The translations under genes were made by a program, and so were the position numbers. From Mobula hypostoma (Eukaryota), in NCBI RefSeq assembly GCF_963921235.1, contig NC_086100.1, positions 203,610,001-203,674,000 on the forward strand: 64,000 nt of DNA, in the 5' to 3' direction. Below the pieces are notes generated by a model. That model was not told the origin of the DNA and made no database searches. It worked only from the letters and a program-made list of their open reading frames with translations. Shown here one piece after another: positions 23,801 to 38,200 of the stretch. The number at the start of each line of letters is the position of its first letter. Position 1 is the stretch's first letter.

Positions 23801-26800
23801 GTCACAGACACTGGTCACAGTCACAGACACTGGTCACAGTCACAGACACTGGTCACAGTCACAGACACTGACACCGGTCACAGACACTGGTCACAGTCAC
23901 AGACACTGACACCGGTCACAGACACTGGTCACAGTCACAGACACTGGTCACCGGTCACAGACACTGACACCGGTCACAGACACTGGTCACAGTCACAGAC
24001 ACCGGTCACAGACACTGGTCACCGTCACAGACACTAGTCAAAAATTCCGATCACGGACAGAGGCACTGGTCACATATACATGTCACAGTCACAGCCACTG
24101 GTCAAAAACAAGAATCATGGACACAGATACTGGTCACAGTCACAGACACTAATCAGAGGCTGAGACAGCAATCATGCTCACAGACACCGGCCATAAGCAC
24201 AGTAACCGATCACAGATGCAGACACTGGCCACATAAACAGTGACAGTCAGTGACACCAGTCACAGACACTGACACCAGTCACAGTTACAGACACCAGTCA
24301 GAGTCACAAAAACTGATCACAGTCACAGACACCGATCACAGACACAGTCACTGGTCACAGTGACAGACACCGGTCAAAAACACCGCTCACAGACACAGAT
24401 GCTGGTCACACACAGGACAGAGTAACAGACACCACTCACAGTCACAGACACCAATCGGAGGCAGGGACAGCAATCACGCTCACAGACACCGGCCACAAGC
24501 ATAGACAATGATCACAGTCACAGACACCGGTCACATTCACAGACGCCGATTACAGTCACAGGCACCGGTCAAAAACACCAATCACAGACACGGACACCAG
24601 TCACATAAACATGTCACGGTCACAGACACCGATACTGGTCACAGTGATAGACACCGCTCAAAAACACCAATGACACACATGAGTCACAAAAGCAGGTCAC
24701 AGTTACTGACACAGCTCACAAACACAGACACTGACACATCACAGTTACAGACACGGGTCAGAGTCACAGAAACTGATCACAGTCACAGAGACCGATCACA
24801 CTCAACGATAATGATCACAAGCATAAGACCACAATACATAGGAGCAGAATTAGGTCATCTGATCCATCAAGTCTGCTCCACTATTAAGTTATGACTGATC
24901 CCTTTTTTTAAATATCCTCCTCAACCCCAGTCCCCGGAATTCTCCCCGTAACCTTTGATGCCACGTCCAATCAATAACCTATCACCCTCTGTCTTAAATA
25001 ACCCCAAATACCTCGCATCCACAGCTGCATCTGGCAACAAATTCCACAAATTCACCACCCTTTGGCTAAATAAGTTTTTCCGCATCTCTGTTTTGAAAGG
25101 GCGCTCCTTTATCCTGAGTTTGTGCCCTCTTCTAGATTTTCCCACCATGGGGAACATCCTTTCCACATCTACTCTGTCTAGGCCTTTCAACATTCGGAAG
25201 GTTTCAATGATATACCCCTCATCCTTCTGAATTCCAGCGAGTACAGACCCAGAGCCACCAAACGTTTCTCGTATGATAACCCTTTCATTCCTGAAATCAT
25301 CCTTGTGAACCTCCTCTAGACCCTCTCCAATGCCAGCATGTCTGTTCTAAGATGAGGGGTCCAAAACTGTTCACAATACTCGGGGTGAGGCCTCACCGGT
25401 TCTATATGAAGCCTCGGCATTGCCTCCTTGCTCTTGTATTCTGGACCTCTTGAAATGAATGCTAACATTGCATTTGCCTTCCTCACCACCGACTCAACCT
25501 GCAAGTTAACCTTCACGGTGTTCTGCACAAGGACTCCCAAATCCCTCTGCATCTCAGATTCCTGGATGTTCTGCTCGTTTAGAAAGTAGTCCGCATATTT
25601 ATTTCTACTACCAAAGTTCATGACCATGCATTTGTATTTCATTTGCCACTTTCTTGCCCATTCTGCTAGCTCTAAGTCCTTCCGCACTCTATCTGTTTCC
25701 TCAACACTACCTGCCCCTCCACCAGTCTTGGTACCATCTGCAAAGCTGGCAACAAATCCTTCTATTTCATCATCTAAATCGTTTATATACAACATAAAAA
25801 GAAGTGGTTCCAACACCGAGCCCTGCAGAAAACCACTATTTACCGGCAGCCAACAGAAACGGCTCCTTTTATTCACATTCACTTCTCCTACCAGTCAGCC
25901 AATGCTCTAACCATGTTAGAAACTTTCCTGTAATCTAATGGGCTCTTAAATTGGTAATCAGCCTCATGTGTGGCACCTTGTCAAAGGCTTTCTGAAAAAC
26001 CAAATATACAACATCTACTGCATTCCCTTTATCTATCCTACTTGTAATCTCCTCAAAGATTCCCAACGGGTTCGTCAGGCAGGCTTTTCCCTGAAGGAAA
26101 CTGTGCTAACTTCGTACTATCTTGTCCTTTGTCACCAAGTACCCCATCACCTCATCCATAAAAATTGACTCTAACATCTTTCATCTTATCCCTTCTGATA
26201 ACTTTTTGAGTTGCTCTCAAAACTTTCCAGTCCTCTATCCTCCCACTAATTTTTCCTTCTTTGCTGTATACCTTTTCTTTTGCTTTTACAATAGCTTTGT
26301 CTTCCCTTGTCAGCCACGGTTGTACTATTTTACCACTTGAGTATTTCTTCAATTTTGGAATACATATGTTCTGTACAGAAAGCGATCACAGACACAGATA
26401 GAAACACTGGACAGTGTCAAAAAAAAACAAGTCTGGCCACAGTCGCAGACCCCTGTTACTGTCACAGGCACCGGTCACAGTTACAGAAACCTGTCATAGT
26501 CGCAGACACTATTTACAGTCACAGACACAGACACTGGTCACATAAACAGGTCACAGTCACAGAGACTGAACACAGTCACAGTCACCTATCAGAGACACTA
26601 ACACCTACCACAGTCGCAGACACCGGTCTCAGACACAGACACCAGTCACAGAGACAGACAATGGTTCACGGTCACAGACACAGGTCACAGTCACAGATAC
26701 CGAAAACAGACACTTACACAGATCACTGTCACAGACACCAGTCACAGGCACAGAAACCGATCACAAACACAGACACCTGTCACTGCCACAGACACTATCA

Positions 26801-28645
26801 CAGTCACAGACTCCGATCACAGTCAGAGACACCAGTTATAGTCACAGTCACAGACGCCGATCACAGACAAAGTCACCGATCTCAGACACAGGCACGGTTC
26901 ACAGTCACAGACACCGGTCCAAGTCACACACATCGATCACAGGCACAGAAGCCAGTCGCATTCACAGAGAACGTTCACAGTCACACGCCAATCACAGACA
27001 CAGATCACAGGCACTGATCATAGTCACAGACACCGATCATAGTCACAGGCACTGGTCACATCACAGGCACCGATCACAGTCACAGACACAGGTCACAGGC
27101 ACTGGTCACAAACTCTGGTCTCAATCACAGACTTCCTGTGGACTCGTGTGCACCCCCTTCACTTGGACCAATGTGACAAACACAGCTCCCACCTCTCCCA
27201 CCTTCCCGTAGACACCAGAGATCCCATTCCCTTCCCTGTTCCAGGTCATTCCAACAGTGTTGCGGACTGCTCCGATCGGGTTCCGTGACTGGGGAAGTTT
27301 TCCATGTCCCAGCGATGCCCTACGTTCCTACCCTCAGTCCCTTCAATGGATTGTGTGCTCTTCTCAAAGCTGATGATCTTCCCTCTGGCCATGGCCTGCA
27401 GAACAGAGGACAGATAATGACTCTTGAGCTTGGACAAGTGGTCTCATACAGGAGAGGAACGAGGGAGGTGGTGCTGTCCCTCGGGTTTGGACAAGTGTTC
27501 TGGTACGGGAGGAGAGGACAGAAAGAGAGAGAGGGTGGGATTGTCGCCTCCAGGTTTGAAAAGAGGTCTGGTACAGAAGGGGAGGTGGTGTTGTCCCTCG
27601 GGGGTGGACAAATGGTCAGGTACAGTAGGGGAAGAGAGAGAGGGGGTGAGGTGTTGCCCCTCGTGGCTTGAAAAGTGGTTTGCACAGTAGGGTAGGAAAG
27701 AGAGGAGTATGTGTTCTCATCCTCCAGGTTGGGCAATTGTACTAGCACAGAAGGGGAGGACAGGGAGAGGGGGAGGTGTTGTCCACTTGAGTTTGGATGT
27801 GGTCTGGTAGAAGGGGAGGAGAGAGGTGGATGGATTTGACCTTCGGTGTTGCACAAGTGGTCTGTTAGAGGAGTGGAGTAGAGAGAGGCTGGGGAGGTGT
27901 TGACCTGTCGGGGTTTGACAAGTGGCCTGGTACAGGAGGGGAAGAGAGGAAGAGAGGGATGATGTTCACCTTCGAGGTTGGACAAGTGGACTCATACAGG
28001 AAAGGAGGACCGAGAGAGAGGGGGAGGTGTTGCCACACACGAGGTTGGACAAGTGGTATAGTACAGGAGGGGTGGGGCGAGAGACGGGGTGATGTTGACC
28101 CTTGAGGTTGGACGTGGTCTTGGATAGGTCGGAAGGAGGGAGAAACGAGGATCTGTTGTCGCCTCGGGTGGACGAGTGGTCTGGTACAGGAGGGGAGGAG
28201 AGTGAGAAAGGAAGCTGTTGTCTCCTCCAGCTTGGACAAGTCATCTGGTCAGAAGGGGAGGAGAGAGAGAGGAGGAGCTGTTGGCCTTTGAGGTTGAACA
28301 AGTGGTTTGGTACAGGAGGGGAGGAGAGAGAGTGGGGCAGGTGTTATCCCCTAGAGGTTGGACATGTACTCTGCTATAGGAGGGGAGAGAGAGATAGAGA
28401 GAGTGGGTTGTTTTGACCCTCGAGTTTTGGACAAGTGGTCTGGTATAGGAGGGGAGCACAGAGAGAGTGGGAAGTGTTAAACCTCGAGGTTGGACAACTA
28501 GTCTGGTCAGGAGGGAGGAGAGAGAGAGGGTGGGATGTTGCCCCTTGAGGTTGGACGAGTGTTCTGGTACAGGTGGGGAGGAGAGAGGGAGCATGGAGAG
28601 GAGGAGGTGTTGATAGAATTAAAAAGCAGAAGGGCTGCACCTTCT

Positions 28646-28683
<38 letters not shown>

Positions 28684-31600
28684 CCCCTCCTGTACCAGAC
28701 CACTTGTCCAATCCTCGAATTGACAACACCTCCCTCTCTGTCCCCTTCGTCTGCGCCCGGAGAATTTTGAATGGCGGGAGAGCATATAAATATTAAGAGG
28801 CTACCATGTGCTGTTAGGTATGTAGGGTAAGTCCTGTGAACAACAGCTGAAGAGAATGGACATGTGTTCCATGGTGTTGGGGGGGGGTTATTATTGAGAC
28901 ATTGAAATTTCTGAGGGGACGGTGGGGATGATGCCTCTGCTGTCTGCTGTATGGTCTGGAAGGTGTGACTTCTGCGTATAGGTAGTAATCCTATAAAACT
29001 CTGATTAGACCACAGTCAGATTATTGGGTTCAGTTCTGCTAGCATCATTACAGGTAGAATGTGGAAGCTTCAGAGAGGGTGCAGAGAAGATTCACCAAAA
29101 TTCTGTCTGGATTAGAAAGGGTGCAGAGGAGATTCGCCAGGGCGCTGCCTGGATTAGAGAGGGTGTAGAGGAGATTTGCCAGGATGTTGCCTGGATTAAA
29201 GAGGGTGCAGAAGAAATTTACCAGGGTAGTGCCTGGATGTGAGTGGGTACATAGGGGATTTTTCAAGATAGTGCATGGATTAATCCGTCCCTGGCCCAGG
29301 CAGTCGTCTCCACAAGCCTCAAGATCTCCACCATCGTGCCAGTGCTGAAGCATTCCACTGTCTGAATGACTTCCGCCCAGTTGCACTCACCCCCATCATT
29401 GCAAAGTGCTTTGAGAGACTGGTTCTATCTCATCTGAAATCCAGTCTGCCCACTACCCTGGACCCCCATCAGTTTGCCTATCGCACCAACAGGTCAACAG
29501 AGGACGCCATCTCCACGGCATTTCACTCTGCCCTGACCCACCTGGACAGCCCCAACTCCTACGTCAGAATGCTGGTCATTGACTTTAGTTCAGCATTCAA
29601 TACTATGAACCCTCCAAGCCGATCGCCAAACTTCGCCAGCTTGGTATCATCTCATCTGCCTGCAATTGAACCTTGGATTTTCTGACTAACAGACCCCAAT
29701 CAGTTAAGTTAGACAACCGCTCCTCCTCCACTCTCACCCCAAACACCAACATGCCTCAAGGCTGTGTGCTGAGCCCTCTTCTGTACTCCCTTTTCACCTA
29801 TGACTGCGTTCCTGTACATGGTTCTAACTCCATAATCAAGTTCGCAGATGACACCACGGTGGTTGGCCTGATCAGAGGGGTGACGAGACGGCCTACAGGG
29901 ACGAGGTCCAGCACCTGGCTGCGTGGTATGCTGACAACAACCTGGCCCTTAACACCCAGAAGACCAAGGAGATCATTGTAGACTTCAGGCATGCTCGGAG
30001 CCACACTCATGTCCCCATCTACATCAACGGAGCTGTAGTGGAGTGTGTATCAAGCTTCAAATTCCTTGATGTCCACATTACCGAGGATCTGACCTGGTCC
30101 CTGAACTCCTCCATCCTGATCAAAAAGGTGCAACAGCGCCTTTATTTCCTGCGGAGCATGAAGAAAGCTCACCTCTGTCCCAGGATACTGACAGACTTTT
30201 ACTGCTGTACCATTGAGAGCATAGTCACCAACTGCATCTCAGTGTGGTATGGCAATTGTCCCGTATCGGACCGCAAAGCACTCCAGCATGTGGTGAAAAC
30301 TACCCAGCGGATTATCGGAACCCAATTGCTCAACATTGAGAACATCTACCATAAACGCTGTCTGGGCAGGGCGAAAAGCAATATCAAGGATGCATCTCAC
30401 CCTAACCAGGGACTTTTTACTCTCCTCTCATCCGGTAGGCGCTACAGGAGCCTCCGCTCCCACACCAGCAGGCACAGGAAGAGCTTCTTCCCTGAGGCTG
30501 TGACCCTGCTGAACCTCACCTCACAGCGCTAAGCAGTATTGCACCCATATTGTACTGTCTCAGTACTTTTATATTTGTGTGCTGTAGCACTTACGTTTTA
30601 CTTGCAGTTATTTTGTAAATAACACTATTCTTTACATTTCCGGTCAGATGCTAACTGCATTTCACTGGCTTTGTATCTATACTCGGCACAATGACAATAA
30701 AGTTGAATCTAATCAAATCTAATCTAATTGGAGAATGAGCAGAGATTTACCAGGATGCTGTCTGGATGAGAGAGCGTGTCTTTTGAGGATATGTTGAGCG
30801 AGCACGGGCTCTTCTCTGTAGAGCGAAGAAGAATGAGGTATGAGTTGACTGGAGTGTGTAAGATGATAGGAGATATAGATCGAGTGGACCTTTCCCAGAG
30901 TGAAAATGATTAATGTCAGGGGGCATAAGTTCCTGTTGATTGGAGAAAAGTATAGTCGGGGATGTCAAATGTAAGGTTTTACACAGAGAATGGGGGATGT
31001 GTGGAACACCCTGTCCGGGATGGTGGTAGAGATAGATTCATTGGGGATATTTAGGTTACTCTTCGATAGGCACATTGATGATAGAAAAAATGGAGGATTT
31101 GGTGGAGGAAAGAGTTTGAATGATCTTGAGACAGGTTTGAAGGTCGGCCTGACATTGTGGGCCGAAGAGCCTGCGCTGTGCTATTATGTTCTCTGAGCTC
31201 TACTGGCTGTCCCGAAGGAAGTTGGAGGAGCGAACCTCAGAGTGTATAGAAAAGGGCAAACATACACTGAAGTTGACACTGAGTCTAGTGGAAGAGGTGG
31301 GCAGTGACGAGGGAAGTGATCAGTTCTGGGACCAGTCACTCCGAAAGGTTGGATTGGGTTGAGGAATGGTGTGAGAAGCAAGGGCGAGGCGGGAGGCCAC
31401 GAGGGGCACTGGATGGGTAGGGAAGAACAGGTGGAGCCTCACCAATTGGAACACCTCCAGATCGAGAGATCCGCCATCTGGAAGAACTTTGATGATGTAT
31501 CTAATTGGCATCTCCAGATCGAACGTGCATGGCAGCTCCCTCTGTTGGCTGCTGATGGACAGGAAGCTGTTGGACTTGGAGTAGAACCGCTTCACTGAGT

Positions 31601-34600
31601 GGCGGGCGTGAGAGTGGCTGGGGAACCGACGAGAATTGTAATTGTCCTCATGCTGGAGATGATAAATAGCCTAGGGAGAACAGAATACACACGATGTCAT
31701 CGGAATTCGGGCCTGACTTGGACACCAGAAGGGAACACAAGGAACATTCGATGGCAACGGATCCCTGCGTCCGTCCCGAGAGAGAGAGAGGGCATGGTAT
31801 CGTTGTATCCGTGCCAGTAGGGGAGTTCGCCATGCCCCAGAGCAACGCACACAAAATGCTGAAGAAACCCGTCTGCCACGGATGGGAATAGATGATGGAC
31901 ATTTTGGACCCATACCCTTCTTCAGGACTGGAATGGAAGGGAGAAGAGGCCAGAATGAGAAGATGGTAAGAGGGAGAAGAGGGCGAGACAGAAGGTGATA
32001 GGTGAAGGCAAGTAATGGGGGAGGGATCTGAAGTAAGAAGCCGGGAAGTGATTGGTGGAATAGACAAAGGATTGAAAGAAGGAGGAATCTGATTGGAGAG
32101 GAGATTGGACCTTGGGATCAAGGGTAGGAGGGAGCACACCATGTGGAGGCGATAGACAGAGATGAGAAGAAGGAAATAGGTAAGAGGGGAGCCAAAGTGG
32201 GAAACGCGGTAGAGGAAAGGGGGAGGAGGGGAAATCATCTGAAGTTAGTGAAATCGATGTTGATGCCATCAGATTGGATGGAATATGGGGTGTTGTTGAG
32301 ATCCGCCTCACTGAAGCAGCAGAGGAGACCCATCGGGACGGTGTGGCGATTAGAATGAAAGCTGGCTTCCGCTGGGAAATTCTGCTTTCAGTGGGCAGGC
32401 CGAAGACGCCCGGCGAAGCCTGAGAACATTACATCTAAGTATTCACCGTGAGGAAGGTGGACACGCCACACGGTAGTGTAGCAAGCCTCACACCACCTCT
32501 AATCCCTCTGGCACCCTCCCACAATCCAGAGGCATTAGAATCGCAGGTGGCACTCGAAGAGCCTGGAGTATGCGCCAGGGAAGTGTAGCGACATTTGCGG
32601 GTTCCTGGGAAAGTGTTGGTAATCGAGGAAAGCGACAGTGTTTATCGTAGGTAACGCTGAATCTCAGTCTGAGAGAGCTGAGGATCACTCTGAGGGAGAT
32701 CGCCGCACTGCGTGGTGTCGCTGAATCTCAGTTCCGCACAAAGAGAGAAAATGACCTCGTATCATTGACCAACCCTCCCAGTCACTCCCTCTACCTTGGA
32801 GCCTCTCAGATTGACCTTCAACTCTCTCAATCCCTCTCTCCCTCAGAGTGAACGTCAATACCATCTTAGTCCCTCTCTCTCTCTCTCTCTGTCAGAGTAA
32901 TCCTCAACTCACTCAGAGTCTATCTTCCTCTCTTAGAGTGACACACTTCCTCCCAGTTCCTCTCTCTCCGTCAGGTTGACCCTCAACTCCACCAGAGACC
33001 CTCTCTCTCCCTCACAGTGATCCTCATCTCACTCATGGAGTCACTCAGACTGACCCTCAGCTCTCTCAATCCCTCTTTCCCTCAATGATTCCAAACTCCC
33101 TCAGACCCTCTACCTCACCTCCAAATAACTCTCACCCTTATTGTCCATCTGCACGCCCTCAGAGTGACCATCCCAGATCTTCGCATCCCAGAATGACAGC
33201 CCGACCCCACCTTCCAGATAATCCCATTCCAGACTCACCAAGAAGGACACCTGCTCGTCGTCCCATTCGGAGGTGTCGAAGAGGAAGGTTCCCTCTCCTT
33301 GATCATCGACTATAATCTCTTGCGCTCCGGGATTAAACGTGTTGAACAGGTACACTTTCACTTCTGGCAGTGGTTTTCCTGTGGCCAACTTGATCACCAC
33401 CTGCCAACAGAGAATGACTGCTCTTTGAGATTGGTAGGAGATACACATGGGCAGTGGGAAAGTTAACATTCTTGTCTTTTTTTAATCTAATTGCAGTAGA
33501 TTTACTATCACTTGACCCTGACAGTTTGACTTAGTCCATGTTTTACCAACACTACTTGGACTAACTAAGTGGGCGCGCATCATCAGTAATGTAACCCAGT
33601 TATTCTCGTCTTTAAACATAAGATGCCCTCGTTCTGGCCACCCAGTCAGGGTAGATCAGGGCCAGATTGTGTATATTTCTGCCCATGAACTTAGATAATG
33701 AAAGGCCTGTCCATTACAAAGATTAGGGTATTTTAGACCTCCTTGTTTGGTTTAATTTTGACCATTTGGGGAGTTGATTTGGTTTTGTCGCCTATTTATT
33801 AGGCTTCAGCTCAAATTAAGATGCAAATTTCCTACCAAAGCCTCAGAATATAGTGGCGTCCATTTAAAATAGAGATGAGGAGGAATTTCTTCAACCAGAG
33901 GGTGGTGAATCTGTGGAATGCATTGCCAGGGACGGCTATGGAAGTCACGTCTCTGGGTACATTTAAAGTGGATGTTGAGAAGTTCCGGATTAGTCAGGAT
34001 CAAAGATTACTGGGAGAAGGAATAAGATTAGGGTTAAGAGGGATAATGAATGATCCATGACGGAATGGCAGGTCAGACTCAATGGGCCGAAGGGCCTGAC
34101 TGTCTCCTATCTCAGTGCTGTGGAACCTGTCTCTCAGTGTTGGATCATCTCTACCTTTCCAGACAACGGGAGTCCTCTCTTGTAGTACATCTCAATGTCC
34201 TCAAAGTGGATCTTTGTGACCTCCGAGGCAACCCGGCAGGATGCTGACGTTTCCCTCCTAACTCCTGTGGGGGGATTGAATGCTGGATTACCGACTGCGC
34301 TGGCAGCCAAGTCGCGGTTCTGTTGTGTCGACAGATAGAGGGTGTTAGGGAGGCAGTTAGTCACTGGCAAAGAGTCACAGGAGGGGGGAAACAGGTGAGC
34401 CAGGCATCAGGAATAGAAAGTGAGCCGGACGAGAGGATGGCGTGAGTGTGTGGTGTGACAGGGCGAGGGAGGGAAGGGACAGAAAGAGAGAGGGAAGTGA
34501 GGCATGGACAAAGAGAGAGAAGGCGAAGGAAAGAGACTGCCAGCGAGAGAAATGCGGGAAAGAGACGGAAAAAGGGAGAGGGAGAAGTATAAAGCAGAGA

Positions 34601-35193
34601 TTGATAGGTGCTTGATTAGGCAGTGTGGGATTCAGGGAGATGCCTGGACATTGGAGCTGAGAGCCGAAATGGATCAGCCAGGATGAAGTGGGGCATCAGA
34701 CTCGATGGGACAATTCTGCTCCTATATCTTATGGTCTTTGGGAGAAGGAGGTAGGGTGTGTGAAACGGTGTGACAGGGAAGAGGTTGGAACAGAGACGGG
34801 GGAGAGAGGTACGGGCTCTGGAAAAGTCACTCAGGAAGAGATAGTGTACGTATTAGGGACGATGATTACTGCCTCCCGGGCCCTAACCTGTGCCGTCCTC
34901 CTCCAAGACGAAGTGCGCGTGGATGTTATTGTTCCAATTCCTTCTCATTCGGAACACAGCGGTGTCGAGATCCCGGGAGATGCAGCCATCATTGTCCATC
35001 TGAGGGGTCAACACAGGGGCGGGCGGTGAGACTACGGGGCAGGAAATGAGGGTGGGCAAACACTCGTCTCACACTTCTGCTTCCTCCAAATGCCCCATCC
35101 AGTCACCACTCCTTCCCGCAGCATTCATTCCAAACCGAGAATCACGAATCACGGTTACCCATCCAGACAGTCTCCATCTCTCCATAAAATGAC

Positions 35194-35248
<55 letters not shown>

Positions 35249-38200
35249 TGTTAGAGTGTGTGGAACATAGAAACATAGAAAAACCTACAACACAATACAG
35301 GCCCTTCGGCCCACAAAGTTGCGCAGAACATGTCCCTACTTTTAAAAATTACTAGGCTTACCCACAACTCTCTGTTTTTCTAAGCTCAATGTACCTATCC
35401 AAAAGTCTGTTAAAAGACCCTATCATATCCGACTCTACCACCGTTGCCGGCAGCCCATTCCACGTACTCACAACTCTCTGCGTAAAAAACATACCTCTGA
35501 CATCTCGTCTGTACCTACCCCCCAGCACCTTAAACCTGTGCCCTCTTGTGGCAGCCATTTCAGCCCTGGGAAAAAAGCCTCTGACTATCCACACGATCAA
35601 TGCCTCTTGTCATCTTACACAACTCTTATCTCATCCTCCGTCGCTCCAAGGAAAACAGGCCGAGTTCACTCACCTATTCTCATAAGGCATGCTCCCCAAT
35701 CCAGGCACCATCCTTGTAAATCTCCTCTGCACCCTTTCTATGGTTTCCACATCCTTCCTGTAGTGAGGTGACCAGAACTCAGCACAGTTCTCCAAGTGGG
35801 GTCTGACCAGGGTTCTATATAGCTGTAACATTACCTCCGGCTCCTAAATTCAATCCCACGGTTGATGAAGGCCAATACACCGTACGCCTTCTTACCCACA
35901 GAGTCAACCTGCGTAGCAGCTTTGAGTGTCCTATGGACTCGGACCACAAGATCCCTCTGATCCTCCACACTGCCAAGAGTCTTACCATTAATACTATATT
36001 CTGTCATCATATTTGACCTACCAAAATGAACCACTTCACACTTCTCAGCCCAGTTTTGCATCCTATCAATGTCCTGCTGTAACCTCTGACATCCCTCCAC
36101 ACTATCCACAACACCTCCAACCTTTGTGTCATCAGCAAATATACAAAACCATCCCTCCACTTCCTCTACAGGTCATTTATAAAAATCACGAAGAGTAAGA
36201 GTCCCAGAAGAAATCCCTGAGGCACACCACTGGTCACTGATCTCCATGCAGAATATGGCCCGTCTACAACTCTCTGCCTTCTGTGGGCAAGCCAGTTCTG
36301 GATCAACAAAGCAATGTCACCTTGGATCCCATGCCTCTTTACTTTCTCAGTAAGCCTTGATTGTGTGAGAAGAGGTAGAAGACCTGGAGGGAGAGTGGGT
36401 GGAAGAGGGGGAAGAGAGAAGGGGAGGGGGGTGGAGAGACAGAAGGAGGGAGAGGAAGAGGTAGGTAAGAGGTACAGGGGAGAAAAATGGAGAGGGGTAG
36501 GTAGGGGAGGGGAGAGTGGGAGTGGGGGAAAGAGAGAGAGAGAGGAAGAGAGAAAAAGAAAGAGAGACGAAGAGTGGAGGGGGAAGGGTAGAGGCAGGTG
36601 GAGAGGGAAATATGAAGACAGCGATGGAGAGGGGGAAGAGGGACAGGCAGGTGAGGGACACTGAGAGTGGGAGGCACGGAGGGAGAGGAAGAGTGAAGTA
36701 GGGCAGTGAAAAGGGAAAAGGGGAGTGGAGAGCGGAGAAAACAGGGCGAGATAATGGAGAGAGTAGGGGAGAATGGGAAACGAGAGAGGGAAAGTATAGG
36801 GATGAGGGGAAGAGTGGCGTGTATTATATACGTGAGGTGGAGAGACACAGTTCACCCAGACCTCTGGCGCTGCCTGTGTGGAGTTTGTACGTTCTCCCCG
36901 TGACTTCGCGGGCTTACTGTGGTTATTCCAGTTTCCGCCCACTTCCCACAGAAGATGGTGGGTTAATTGGGGTTGGGGGCTGCATATTGCCGCCGGGGTG
37001 CGGCCGAGGGATGACACTAGGTGAGCGACGAGCAGTCCAGTTTATCCCAGCGCCAGTGATCAACGGCCAGGGTACAATTGCTGCTGCTGTCTGGGTAGAG
37101 TGACCGTGCAGATCTCTTCCCACTTTCCACAGATGGACACATCAGCGCTAATGACTTACGGGCGGGCTACATTGGCTCTGGAAACGTGGCCATACTCGCA
37201 GGCATCACCCAGACCACCCGACCCCCCCCCAGCACGAAGCTAGCTGATTTGATTTGCCAAATGTGACCCATTTCGTCACATTTCATGATGTATGTGCGAG
37301 AAATGATCTGCCCTGACGGGGTGAGAGTGGAAGGGGGAGGGGGAGTTTGTAAGCATACGGGGGACTGCTCCATAAACTAGTAGGGGAACGGGAGACGACG
37401 TTGTGGACATCGAGGGAATCCTCCCACACTGATCTGTCATTCCTGGCACACTTCATACTTTGCCACGTCTCGCCTCTTCCCCGTCTCCTTTGTCCACTCT
37501 TCTTCACACAGCAGGGAGTGGGAGACATGAGACACAGCACCCTGGGCTCCCGGGCCTGCCCCAGAACTAACCTTGTCCACCACATAGTGACAAAAATCTG
37601 TTTCCACGTAACTGTAATAACTCTTCAGGCAAACCGTGCCGTTTACCACACCCCGCATGGGTTTCCCGTACGTGTACCTGGGTTTCGTGTCAGAGCAGAA
37701 GTTAGAGACAGAGAGGCCCCAACGACATTCCGTCCCATCACACACTCCGGGGGTCAGACAGAGAGTGAAACTCACCCCACACCGTCCCATCACACACTCT
37801 CAAAGTCAGACATTAGAGTGAAACTCCCCATACACAGTCCCATCACATATTTCCGGGGTCAGACACGAGTTAATCCCACGCCGTCCCAACACGCAATCTC
37901 GGGCTCAGACACAAAGTGAAGCATCCCCCATACCGTCCCGTCACACAATCTCGGGGCCAAATCAGAGTGCAACTCCCTCCGCAACACCACATCACACATT
38001 CCCGGCGTCAAACACAGACAGAAGCATATCCCACATCGTCCCATTACAGATTCCTGGAGTCAGACACAGAATGAAGCTTCCTTCAAACGTCCCCTCACAG
38101 AACCTCGCAGTCAGGCACAGAGTGAAACTCACCCAACAACACCCCATGGCACTCTCCCGGTTCAGACACAGAGTGAAGCTTCCTCCACACCGTCCCATCA

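Larger units (their letters stand above)
19095..27132. repeat. Large degenerate (GGTCACAGACACT/CACAGT) minisatellite in three blocks: 19095-19740, 22540-24820, 26380-27132
   Basis: Many cacagacac and gtcacag words, most homogeneous at 23595-24035; blocks separated by CR1 insertions. Confidence 0.95.

Noticed and set aside
22983..27017. His/Thr/Asp repeat ORFs ([19 protein letters not shown])
   Set aside because: Minisatellite translation in an intron, antisense to the host gene.
33470..33840. Possible L1/Tx1 remnant (minus strand [10 protein letters not shown])
   Set aside because: A single short motif in degenerate AT-rich sequence; too weak to call.
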